The position numbers were made by a program, and so were the translations under genes. Shown here one piece after another: positions 12,701 to 24,166 of a stretch of 64,000 bases of DNA (its first letter is position 1; each line of letters starts with the position of its first letter). The stretch lies in NCBI GenBank assembly GCA_964016885.1, contig OZ024740.1, forward strand, positions 410,006,001 to 410,070,000, given 5' to 3'. Origin of the DNA: Eledone cirrhosa. Its lineage: Eukaryota. The notes below the pieces were generated by a model that saw only the letters and a program-made list of their open reading frames with translations, was not told where the DNA came from and searched no databases.

Positions 12701-13480
12701 CATCCTGACTAGGACGTAGTCCAAAAGATGCCATTCCTTAGATGCAGCATGCATCCATGTGGTCTTGAATTTGTTCTTTTGTTGGAACATGGTGTTGGTA
12801 ACACACAGATCCAGCTCCTCACACATCTGCAGCAGGAGCATACCATTGTTGTTACACTTTCCCAACCCATGCCTTCCGATTACATTCCATGTGTTAAAAT
12901 CCCTACCCACTCTAGCATTAAAGTCACCAAGCACGATGACTTTGTCTGCCTGAGGGATATTTCTTAAAACACCTTCCAAGGCATGGTAAAAGGACAGTTT
13001 TTCTTCATCGACAGAATTCATAGTTGGAGCATACACACTCACCAAGGTCGCATATCTTCCTTTGTCCAGCGGAATTCTCATGGACATAAGACGCTCAATA
13101 ATCCCTACTGGGAATTCTTCTAATTTATTCACAAGAACAGTCTTAACAGCAAATCCTACCCCAGCCTCTCTTCTGGTTCCTTCATCTCTTCCTTTTCAGA
13201 AGAATGTATATTCTCCACAAAATTCTGTAAGATGACCATCTCCAGCTAACCTCGTCTCAGATAAAGCCACAATGTCAAGATCGTAACGTCGAAGCTCCTT
13301 TCCAACAAGAGCGGTCTTTCGTTCAGGACGCTCCAAGGAATCCCTGTCAAGCAGCGTCCGTACGTTCCAGCAGCCAAGACTAAATGCCTTGTTTGGCTCT
13401 ATTACAATGGCACGATGACGAGTGGGCCCAGGCTGTGATAACCTGGGGCCCCTGCCCTTATTGCCAATTATCTTTTTTGT
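9701..13480 (-). mobile_element. Near-full-length RTE (BovB-like) LINE, frameshifted
   Basis: APE motifs (WNVRTLL, IVALSETRL, LGDFNARVG, LDYVLV, TDH) and RT motifs (SPGMDGI, FVDLTKAFDTV, VKQG, YADD) are spread over ORFs 13196-13531, 12560-13132, 11733-12563, 11254-11598 and 9988-11172. The 3' tail at 9701-9746 runs into (CATA)n. Confidence 0.95.
9988..13440 (-). pseudogene. RTE ORF: AP endonuclease - reverse transcriptase - three C2H2-type zinc fingers; several frameshifts
   Basis: The C-terminus has CSVC...LESHLRSH, CQAC...LKRHAKVH and a degenerate third finger (CRLR...LKSHIRSQ). Confidence 0.9.
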
Positions 13481-13555
13481 TCCAGAACCTAAATTGCCAA
13501 TTATCTCTTTTATATTGTTCTGGAACATCATTCAATTAAAAAAAAAAAAAAAAAA

Positions 13556-13682
13556 GTAATAATAATTGTTTCTACTTTAGGCACAAGGCCAGCAATTACT
13601 CAGTACATTACTGGTACTTTATTTTATCGACCCCGTAAGGATGAAAGGCAAAGTTAACCTCGGCGGGATTTGAACTCAGACT
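13556..13682 (-). mobile_element. SINE family A, 5'-truncated
   Basis: 3' half of the family sequence, lying between the RTE 5' end and the Tx1 tail. Confidence 0.85.
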
Positions 13683-13972
13683 AATAGTAACAATAATGAT
13701 TTCATTTATTGGCCACAAGGGCCAACATATAGGGGACAATACAAAAGACTGGGACAGTGGGGTTTTACAGAAAAATCGAGTAAACAATATGAATAAACAA
13801 AGTAACAATAACAAAGTAACAATAAAGTAACAAGAAAATTACAACAAGAAAACATTCCCCAATAGGGGGGATGACCACCTAGGGTTCGCTCAGGTACCCC
13901 ACCAGTCCTGAACGACCCGACGCTTCGAGAGCACCCTGGAAAGGCACCCCTCTCCTCCTCAAATTTACCTAC

Positions 13973-16900
13973 CTACAGCCGCATGACCAGAGTAGGCCCA
14001 CTCACACGGGCCATTCTCGCCACATTCACCCACCTTTCAGCAAATGTACTGGGGGGCAGCACTTCTGTCTCCACCCTCACCTTCCTTTCCAAATGAAACT
14101 TGAAAAAGTTGATGAGGGATTGGCCGAAGAGAAAAGTGTCTGTCTTCAGTCCTTTCAACCTCGTCCACCATACAACCTCTTTCGCTACTGCCACCAGACA
14201 GAGGAAAATTGCCTGCCCTTCCTGGCCAAAAGAAGGCGGCGGGTCAATCTTCACTATGGATTCGGCTGATAGCCGGATCCGTTCTACACGCGACAACAGC
14301 TGTTCAACATAACTCCACAAGTCAGTAGTGCACGGACACTGGACGAGTGCGGGCAGAACGGTTTCGTCGCTCTGCACGCATCTCGGGCAGGTCTGTCTGA
14401 CAGCACTTCCGTGCCTGTAGAGTTTATCTCGAACCGGCAGTGCGCCCCGGTAGCACTGCCAAGCGAGGGATTTTTGGAAATTATCCATCGTCCCCGGCTC
14501 AAAAGTCCTCCGGTACAGACTGGTTAGTTCGACTTCGGTGACTCCCAGAGCCTCTCCGAGTACGTCGTCGCACTTTCCCACCACTAATCCTCTATAGAAC
14601 TCGACCACATTGCCCGCCTGGTAGAGGGCAGTGAGTGCCTGGCAACATTCCAGATGCCAGTCACCCAGTCTCGGTCTCTTCTTGAGCCAGGACTGCAGCT
14701 CAGTCAAAGAAAAGAGCTGCGGAAAGGCCCGTCTGACAAAGGGCGACCACACCTGTTCACCGTTTAGGCAGAATATCTGGAGATGCCGCAGCCTCAGCGC
14801 GTGCCTGCGCATCATTAGCCACGACATGCCCAACCTTCCACGTAGAGGGTGCTGGCAGCAGATGGACCGCCTCACCAGCGGAACCTGACCCTCCACAAGA
14901 ATTTGAAAAGGAGCCGCTCCAAGATGGCGAGGCGTGAACGGGGGCAAGGGACGACGGTCAGACGGTAGTAGATGACGGACGCGATGTACGCGTTCACCAC
15001 CTCCGCCCGACCTTTCAGTGATAGCTTCATCCCAGCCCATTTCTGGGTGAGACTGGCTACCGTGCCCGTCACCTCGTCCAAATTCTTATCCACCTGGAGG
15101 TCTGGCCCGAACCAAACCCCTAGCAACTTTACCGGTCCGTCCGTCCAGCGCCTAACGACGCTGTTGGACGGCATGGACTTGCCTCTCCAGGTGCCGAGTT
15201 GCAAGCCCACTGATTTTTCCGGGTTAAGTTTTGCTCCCGTCAACCTTTCATATTCCTCCAATAAGTTGCCGACCACCTCGATTTCTGCGGTGTCCGACAC
15301 CATCACGGTAATGTCGTCCGCATAAGCCGACACAGCCTTTCCGCGTCCCGGTTCGAGCGGGATGCTCTGCAACAGCTCCAGCTTCCGCAGTAAAGGCTCG
15401 AGAGTCAATACGTACAGAAGGGAGGAGAGAGGGCACCCTTGACGGACCGATCAGGAGACCTGAAACGGTTCCGAGAGGTGGCCATTAATTATGACCATCG
15501 AGCTGGTATTCTGTGCATTGCAGCGATCCAGCCTCTGAAGACGGGGCCGAAGCCAGCCGCCTTGAGGACAGCCTCCAGGTACCGATGGTCGACCCTATCG
15601 AATGCTTTCGATTGATCTAAATTGATCAGAGCCCCACCGAAGCCAGGTTTACACCCCACCCTCTCTATGATGTATCGCATTAGGTGGAAGTTGTCGTGTA
15701 TGGACCTGGTTGGGATTGCGCAAGTTTGCGCCTCCCCAACCAAATCCCCGACGACAAGCGCCAACCTCTTCGCTAACACCCTGGCCAAAATCTTAAACTC
15801 TGTATTGAGCAGAGTTATGGGCCTGAAATTGTCTAATGTGTCCTTCTTGTTCTCGTCTTTCCTTATCAGCGTCACTACGCCCCGGCTCACAGAACTGGGA
15901 ATACTCCCGTTTTGCTGCCAGTTGCAGTAGAGGGCTTCGAGGAGATTGGAGAACAAGTCTGGCATATTTACGTAAAGCTCGTAGGGCAGACCATCCAAAC
16001 CGGGTGACTTGCGCCTCATGCAGCCGACAAGGGCATCCTGAATCTCGGCTGAAGTAATTGGCCTTTTGCAGCGCCCAGCGTCAGCCGTCGAGAGTTGCGG
16101 CACGCCATCGAGGTAGGGACTGAAGTCCGCCACCATCTCTGACTCGCCACTTCCCCCGAACAACCGAGCAAAATGTTGGTGAAAGGCCTCACACATCCTC
16201 TTGGAATCGCTCAGCTCGTGCCCGTCTCGGTCCGTCAAAGACCGAATCGTGGTGTTATTACCACGCTGCACCTCTGCCACGCGGGCCCATCGAACAGCTT
16301 TGGTTCCCTCGTTTCTCAGAGCACGCGCCTTAGCTCTGACAATGCAACCTTCGTGTTTCGCATTGAAGAAATGGTCTAATGCCATTCTCGCCGCTAGCAC
16401 GTCAGTTACAATGCCACTACCAATAGCCTCGTCTAACTTATCTACCAACTCCCCCTCCTTTCTATTTTTCTCTAACGCTACTTCTTTGCTAAACTCTATC
16501 GACATTACTCTAATCTCTCTTTTGAGAGCCCCCCCCCCCCCCCATCTATTGTTGACGACTTCCCCTGTCAACTTTTTCTTAACTAAATTGTTGACCCTGT
16601 AAGCCTTACGTACTGGAAATGACATGTTTAGCTTCCAGTAACCATGTCCTAACCTACGCGTCTTATCTAGGTCGACCATACAGATCACAAACTTGTGATC
16701 TGAATAGGTGACCGTTTCAAAACGTGGACAGCTTACACTATTTCTGTCTATTTTCCTAATGAATATCCTGTCTATATACGATCTAGATGACCCTATGCGG
16801 TTAGCCCAAGTCCACACTGGCGCATTAGGGAAAGCTAGTCGGTACCTGTCAGACAGTTGGAACTGGCTGATCAGGTTCTTGAGGCTTTTGCACTCGCCGC

Positions 16901-17375
16901 TCCTATCGGATACTCCCACACAGTCCCAGCGTGCGTCTAAGATGCCGTTCCAGTCCCCCGCTAACAGTAAAGGGCGAGACGTACCCAGAAAGGCTTCAAT
17001 GCGTCTAAAGAAGTCCGGCCGTCCTGCCCCAGTAAGAGCATAGACGGCCACCAGTCTAACGGCACCACCTTCGTTATTGTTCACGTCCAGGACCACCAAC
17101 TTCCCGTCCAGGTCCCGGAAGATCGACCTTGCCTCGAGATCCAGGCCTTTCCTAAACAGCACTGCCACCCCGCCTCCCATTCCCGGCCGGCTAACAGATG
17201 CAAAGATCTGATAGTCGTTGAAAATGGGGGCTAGTGCGCGCGTGTCGGAAATCCTGGTCTCGCTGACGGCAATTACATCCATTTCTATAGACCTGAGGTC
17301 GTTGAGCAGGTGACCCTGCTTCCAGGACGATCCCAGGCTTCGAACATTTAAACATCCTACTCTTAATATGGCCAT
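13973..17375 (-). pseudogene. Tx1-type ORF2 (APE-RT-Cys), frameshifted at about 15490 and 14880
   Basis: ORFs 15489-17375, 14872-15408 and 13973-15040 are collinear pieces of one protein. Confidence 0.9.
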
Positions 17376-17410
17376 GTTGGCAGGTTAAAAAGAGAGAGAA
17401 GAAGGTTTAC

Positions 17411-19085
17411 TTACCTTCCGGGTTCTTGTGAAGGTCGGGTTGTTCGACCTCCATAGTTGGTGGGGTTTCTTTTGGGAACCCCTTTAAAAGTGGGTTTTAC
17501 GTTCGGGGTTCCTACGACCCGAGGAAAGATGTCTCGTATTTCTTTGAATATGTCGAGCGACATTCGCACCAGAACCAAATCTTCCGGCACGCGAAATGTG
17601 CTCAATTTAAAAATTTCCCTCTGTTTTTGTATATTTTCACTTCGTGCTACGAGGGCCATCAGTTCCTTGTTGGCTCTCCTGACGAGCACGAAGTTTTGTA
17701 TGTTTTGTTGGTGTGATTTTATTTGTTTGGGTGGCTGTGGTGGTGATGGTTTTGGTGGTGTTGTTTCGGTTGTATCTGTGTTTGTTGTGAGTGCGATGTC
17801 TGTGGTTTCAGATGTTTGTGTGTATATTTGTTCTTGCGTCTGTTTAGGTTGTTTGCGTTTGGGGGATTCTGGTGATGGTGATGGTGGTGTTGATGTTGGT
17901 GTTATTGGAAAGATGTTTGCGTGGGTGGTGTCTGCGTTTTTTATTGTGGGTGATTTTGTGCTTTGTTGCGTTTTTTTTTTCTTTTTGTGTTTCCTTTTTT
18001 GTATTTTGGGGGATTTTGGTTTTCCCTCATCTTCACTACTGGTAGATGAGGGGTCTGTGTCTGTAAGTGTGTCTGTATGTATGTTTATGGTTTTATTGGT
18101 GTGTGTATTTTTGGGGGGAGGGGGAATTTGACAGCTTTCCTCGTTTCCCCTCTGGGTGGTCAATGTTGGTGGTGGTCTTTCTATTGGTGTTGTTGTTGGT
18201 GGTTTTGCCGGTGCTGGTGTTGGTTGTGGTCCTCGCCCCCGGCGCCGGCAGCAGTGGAGCATTTCGACCCCTTGCCTCTTTCGCAAATGGGTTTTTTCCC
18301 CACAAACAAAACACTGCGGCCTTTTGCCTTCGGTCATAATGTGAATGACCGTCCCATTCTGAAGGCGGATGTGGTCCGGGATTGTCTTCACATTCTCGGG
18401 CCTAATCTGGAGAAGGATTTCCAGGTCAACCCCGGACCAGTCCTCTCTGGCCGTTCTGGTCACTTCTATAGGGACGGTATCCGTCCCCTCTACAATCACA
18501 CATCCCAGAAACCACCACATGTCAAGTCCTGGTGGGATTCTGGGAATGCGGAGACGGGCCGTTCTTTTTCCCATGTGGGAGGGGTACATTATGACCTTGT
18601 TGGTTTTGCAAGGAGTCATAGCGTATTTCATAGCGAGGGCTTCTGACTTGAACAACACCGAAATGGTGCCGTACTGTCTGCCCCTCTCTATGTACTGGGT
18701 GTCTTCTCTGATGCACCTCAGCGCGACTTCGACATCTTCTTGTGGGATTAAAGCTGCCCTTTTGGTTTGTGCTGAGATGCATCTATAATGTGTTCTCGGT
18801 GCAGTTGGTATTGTTGCTGTTGGTGTTGTCGCTATTTGTTCTCATGTTAGTGGTGTTGATATTGTTGTTGTATTTGTTATTTTTTTTTTTTGTTATCTGT
18901 ATTTTCGTTGTCGCTGTTACTGTCATTTTTTTCAAAATTAGAGTTCTCATTGGTGTCTTTGTTTACATTGTTTGTGGGGGTGTTTGTGTTATCAATTTGT
19001 GTTAATTTTGCTGTAGCGCTCCTCTCAACTTCCACGTAGTTGTCGCACGACAGCAGACATATCGCTGGGGGCGTGGCTCAGCCAT
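17411..19085 (-). pseudogene. Tx1-type ORF1 (gag-like, zinc knuckle, Pro/Thr/Lys-rich)
   Basis: The 415-aa ORF at 17411-18658 contains GKRPQCFVCGEKTH and is homologous to 44350-46002. The probable start near 19085 is frameshifted. Confidence 0.75.
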
Positions 19086-19275
19086 GTTTTTTTTCTCCGT
19101 AAATGTTTTAACATGTAAATAAAATTCAAATATTTGGGCCAAAAGGCCCAAATATTATATTTTCCCCTTCACAGGGCAAAGTCTAAGGGCTTATATCCCT
19201 TACACAACAAGAAATATTTTTAACAGGCAAATAAAGCGACTTTCTGGGACCGAGCAAAATACGTCCGCTTAGACC

Positions 19276-19411
19276 AATAATAATAATAATAATAATTGTT
19301 TCTACTTTTGGCACAAGGCCAGCAATTACCCCAGTGTATTACTGGTACTTTAGTTTATCTACCCCCGTAAAGGATGAAAGGCAAAGTTAACCTCGGCGGG
19401 ATTTGAATTCA
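19276..19411 (-). mobile_element. SINE family A, 5'-truncated
   Basis: 3' half of the family sequence; its (ATT)n tail abuts the Tx1 5' end. Confidence 0.85.
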
Positions 19412-20470
19412 AATGATGATCTAACTCGTTTTGAAACACGAAAGCATCAAAAGATCATACACCATTACAAAAGATGCCAAAGATACTGCTGAAATGGAAA
19501 ACACAGAAAAAGCAAAGCAGGTAAAAGTAACTGCAAAGAAAGAACTGCTACAGAAACTGGCTAAGAAATGGCAAGAAAAGCCTCTGTATGGAAAATATCC
19601 AGAAAGAGCTAACAATCTTGATGTTGACAAAACTTTAATCCATCAGTGGTTGGCATCCTCTGGACTGAAATCGGAGACTGAAGGACTGATTATATCAGCA
19701 CAAGATCAGTGTCTGCCAACAAAAAATTACCAAGCCAACATAATAAAAAATGGATGCAGCCCATTATGCCGTGTATGTAAAAAACAACCAGAGACCATTG
19801 ATCATATAATTTCAATGTGCAGTCCTATAGCTCCAACCGAATACATAAACAGGCATGACAGAGCTGCACAATACATACATTGGATAATGTGTAAGCATTT
19901 TGACCTGCCTCATCAACCACCTCCCATACTTGAATAAGATCACATCTCAATCTTGTGGAACTTTAGCATCCAAACAGACCGAAAAATAGATGCAAATAGA
20001 CCTGATATAATACTGAAGGACTTTAAAAAGAGGGTATGCCTGCTAATTGATATGTCCGTTCCAATAGACAAGAATGTATCTATAAAAACATTTGAAAAAT
20101 TGAGCAAGTATAAGGACCTGGAGATAGAAATTGGAAAAATGTGGAAATTGAGAACTAAAATAATGCCAGTGGCTGTGGGCGCTCTAGGAATGATACCTAA
20201 GGGGTCTAATGATTACTTATCGCAAATCCCAGGAAACCCGCGTATAGGAGAAATACAAATGATAGTACTAATGGGAACTGCCCATATACTAAGGAAGATT
20301 CTGTCAATATAAGTACATCACAAGTCTAAACACCTAAAGATACATGTGTGTGTATGTATGTTCTTTCTTTAACATGGCGGACCTTGTTGTCTCTTGAGGT
20401 CACTGGTTGTGACTTGGTGATAACTCGTATGAACATAAAGCAAGATAAATGCAGCTGTAATAATAATAAT
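19412..20470 (+). mobile_element. R4/Dong-like RLE LINE, 3' fragment
   Basis: CRVC...ETIDHIISMC zinc finger, RHD, RPDII, LIDMSVP and KYKDL motifs; ends in (TAA)n. Confidence 0.88.
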
Positions 20471-20474
20471 ACAC

Positions 20475-20765
20475 TATTAATAATTATTAATGCAATCGTG
20501 CAATGCCTGTGCGTGAAGAATATTTTTAAAGTGAGGAAAGACTGTGCACTGAGCCAATCCCACTCTCTGAGCGACAGTAGCTATAACCCGAAAAGAAGAA
20601 AAGATCAACATCATCGGTAACTACTGAGCCGCAGGTTTTATGTCGGAGTTAACCCAGTTTCCTGAGATGCCTTCTCCTAGAAGAATGCCCTGACAAGGGC
20701 TAGGGGTTCTTCACTCCCAGTGGTTTAACTGCGCGATCGGGCATCTAGCCCGATATTTCTATGTC
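20475..20765 (-). mobile_element. SINE family C (RTE-associated), copy 1
   Basis: Homologous to 62480-62741. Confidence 0.7.
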
Positions 20766-20902
20766 CCTGCGCAAAAAAAAAAAAAATCACTTATTGAAAC
20801 TTATACGTACGACATACACACACACGCATACATACGCATACATACGCGCGCACACAGCAACACTCATACATACAGACAAACACACACACACGCTACTCAC
20901 TT

Positions 20903-20945
<43 letters not shown>

Positions 20946-23900
20946 CACCATCCTCGCCCCCCTTGTCACCACCCTCCCATCCCACATCTCCGACACCAAC
21001 CACGCCCTGCGCCTTTTCGACTCCTTCACCTACCCACCCGGCCCACAGCCCTTCCTCTTCACCCTAGACATCAAGTCCCTCTATACCATCATCTCCCACG
21101 CCGACGGCCTACGCGCCCTCAAACACTATCTCGACCTTCGCCCCTCCCCCATTCCCTCCACCCCACCCTCCTTCGCCTCGCCGAGCTGGTCCTCACCCTC
21201 AATTGTTTTTCCTTCTCGGGTGAGTTTTACCAACAGGTCACGGGGGTAGCCATGGGTACAAGAATGGGCCCGAACTATGCCAACCTTTTTGTTGGCCATC
21301 TTGAGGCCCAAATCTTTGCCCAGTACACCGGCCCCACGCCCGAACTGTACGGTCGTTACATTGACGACTGTATCGGAGCCACGACCCTCACCCGAGAACA
21401 GCTCGACTCCTTTCTCTCCTTCTTCTGCTCCTTCCACCCCTCCCTCCACTTCACCACCTCTATCTCCTCCACCCACGTCCACTTCTTAGACATCTCCGTC
21501 GCCTTCGACCCCTCCCACCACTCCCTCGTCACCTCCGCCTTCTTCAAACCCACCGACTCCCACTCTTAATTTCACCTCTTCCCACCCCACCCACACTAAA
21601 CACTCCATTCCCTACTCCCAACTCCTCAGGATCCGCCGCCTCTGTAGCCGAGATGCTGACTTCGAGTCCCAGGCCCTTTCCCTAGTCAGCCATTTCATCC
21701 GCAGAGGTTACCCCTCCTCTCTCGTCCACACCGCTCTCACCCATGCCCGTGCTGTCCACCGCTCCACCACCCTCACCCCACGCCACCGCACACCCACCCA
21801 CCGTCTCCCCTTCCCCATCACCTACCACCCCTCCACCTTACCCCTCCACCGCACCATCCGCCGCCTCTTCCGACGCCTCCAGTCAGACCCCTCCACCACC
21901 CACATCTTCCCAACCCCACCACTCCCCTCCTTCAAACGCGCACGCAATCTCCGCACCCTCCTCGTCCACAGCTCCCTACTCCCCAAACCCACGCTCTGTT
22001 CCCCCCGGTTCCTTTCCCTGTTCTAGGCCCCGCTGCAACACCTGTCTCCACATCACCAACACTACCACCTTCCAGGGTCCCAACGGCCACTCTCTCTCTG
22101 TCCGGCATGCCTTCCGCTGCACCTCCTCCAACCTAGTCTACGGACTTCGTTGCACGGAGTGCAGCGTGACTTACGTCGGACAGACGGGACGTCGCCTGGC
22201 GGACCGATTCACTGAGCACCTCCGGGATATTCGTCTCGGTGGTAGTTCCCCCATCGCCCGCCACTTTGGTGCCCCTGGACATTCCACAGTCTGTGGCCTA
22301 CTCCAATGCCACGGAACACCCGCCAATCTCCTCAGAGTCGAACAAAGAACCATCTTTATCTTACAGACCCACACTCCCCCCGGCCTGAACTCCCCACCCT
22401 TATTCCTTTAGCCTTCGACCCCCCCACACATATCCCCCACTAACACCACTAACACACCCCTCCTTTTCACCGCCACCCCACAACTAACAATACTAACACC
22501 TCCACTCCACCCCTCATCCGACCACCCTTCCCCAACTAACATACTAACATCCCTCCCTTCTTCTCCTCCCCCCTCCTTATCACACGCACACACCCACCGG
22601 CACATATATACACGCACTCACACTAAACACACACCCTACTACCACCACTAACCCTCACCCCACACCTCCATCCCACCACCCCGCAACTAACATCACTAAC
22701 ACTCCCTGACCCCAAGCACACGAACACCCGCACCCACTTACACCACCCACCCCACACGCAACTAACATCACTAACACCCCCAACCCCACGCACACGTACC
22801 CACACACCATCGTACACCACCAACTCTACACACCCCCACTAACCCCCACTCACACCTGCATTCAACCCTTTCGCCACCTCCCGTAAACTACACACACACC
22901 AGTACACCACACTCTCTCCATCGACCCCCACACCCTTCTCTCCCCGCTCCACCCACACCCTTTCTCCACACTCACTCATTCCACTAACACCTCTACTAAT
23001 ACACACACACACCCTCCTCACTCCAACTTTCACACCTACCCATCCTCGCCCCTTTACCATTCCACCCGACTGCTGCTATGCCCTCTGACCACCTCCCAGC
23101 ACTAACTGACACACAGCACTCCCACCGCCTTGACCACTTCCTGTTGCACGCGCACTCCACATCTCTCCTCTTCCGACCATCTCTTTATGGAATACTCGTA
23201 TGTGGAGCTTGACCTTGGAATCTACTAACATCATAGGAGTTTACCAACATTTCAACCACATCCTCTTACGGAATCACCTATATAACTCACCCACTGACAC
23301 ACCCAAAAACATTTTTTTTCTCCCCCACGCCACCTACACCCACAACACGCTTAAACCCCACACACACGTGCTTTCCACCACATATTTACACCTTCAGCCT
23401 CCGGATTCCTCTCCCCCACCCCTCTATCCACACACGCACACACACTCCGACCTACACCCCACTCCACACACACTTCTTCCTGAACATGCAACCCCGTTCT
23501 TCCCCCAACCCTTGCTTTCACATACACACACACATACACACACACACACACGTACACCTACACACACACACACCACCTTCAGCCCTCCCCGCTCGGACAC
23601 CCTGTCTCCCTCTCTTCACTCCACCCGCCACCACCCCTACACACCCACACCCTTCCACCACCTGTTTCACCCCTTTTTAATTTCAGTTTATTTTGATCAT
23701 GCTTTTATATTTATTTTTATTTCATTTCATTTTATTTTGATCATGCTTTATTTTTATTTTTAATTTCATTCGCACCGTTTCCTCCCACCCCCTTTTCGCT
23801 ATATGTCTCTCCACCACTCCCCTACACACCCTTTGAACTCTCTTCCCACACACTTCCCACCTGAGGAAGGGCTTATGCCCGAAACGTCGTTCCCCACCAC

Positions 23901-23977
23901 CACCCCACTCTCCAGAGCGTGAAATTAATAAACATTCGTTGTACTGCCTCTCTGTTTTGTTCCTGTTCAAATTTTCC

Positions 23978-23979
<2 letters not shown>
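20946..23979 (+). mobile_element. Penelope-like element (Neptune-like), 5'-truncated and disrupted
   Basis: RT motifs LFTLDIKSLYT, MGTRMGPNYANLF and RYIDD; CSRPRCNTC linker; GIY-YIG domain LVYGLRC...YVGQTGRRLADRFTEH. It has a long C-rich 3' region, a hammerhead core at 23861 and (TA)n on both sides. Confidence 0.9.
23859..23890 (+). ncRNA. Minimal hammerhead ribozyme core (PLE-type)
   Basis: ac CTGAGGA a gggc ttat gccc GAAA cg TC gt. Stem III is only the palindrome acgt and stem I is only 2 bp. Confidence 0.6.
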
Positions 23980-24066
<87 letters not shown>

Positions 24067-24111
24067 AAGTTAAATAAAAAGTCAAATGTTTAAAATTTAA
24101 CTTCGTTTATT

Positions 24112-24166
24112 ACTGCTATATATATTTCAGTGACAGCCATCTTTGGCTGTGACCTCTTCAGGCAGT
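24112..24166 (-). ncRNA. Minimal type-I hammerhead ribozyme (copy in the inverted pLTR)
   Basis: Reverse complement of 26917-26971. Confidence 0.75.

Larger units (their letters stand above)
13683..19275 (-). mobile_element. Full-length Tx1/L1-type LINE (ORF1 + ORF2, disrupted)
   Basis: ORF1 has a zinc knuckle (CFVCGEKTH). ORF2 has APE (LNVRSL, SETRI, GDWN, SDH), RT (LDQSKAFDRVDH, AYADD) and a C-terminal CPRC...C motif. The 5' end abuts (AAT)n and the 3' tail is AT-rich. Confidence 0.93.

Noticed and set aside
17457-19005. Plus-strand Val/Gly/Cys-rich ORFs
   Set aside because: Antisense shadows of the low-complexity Tx1 ORF1.
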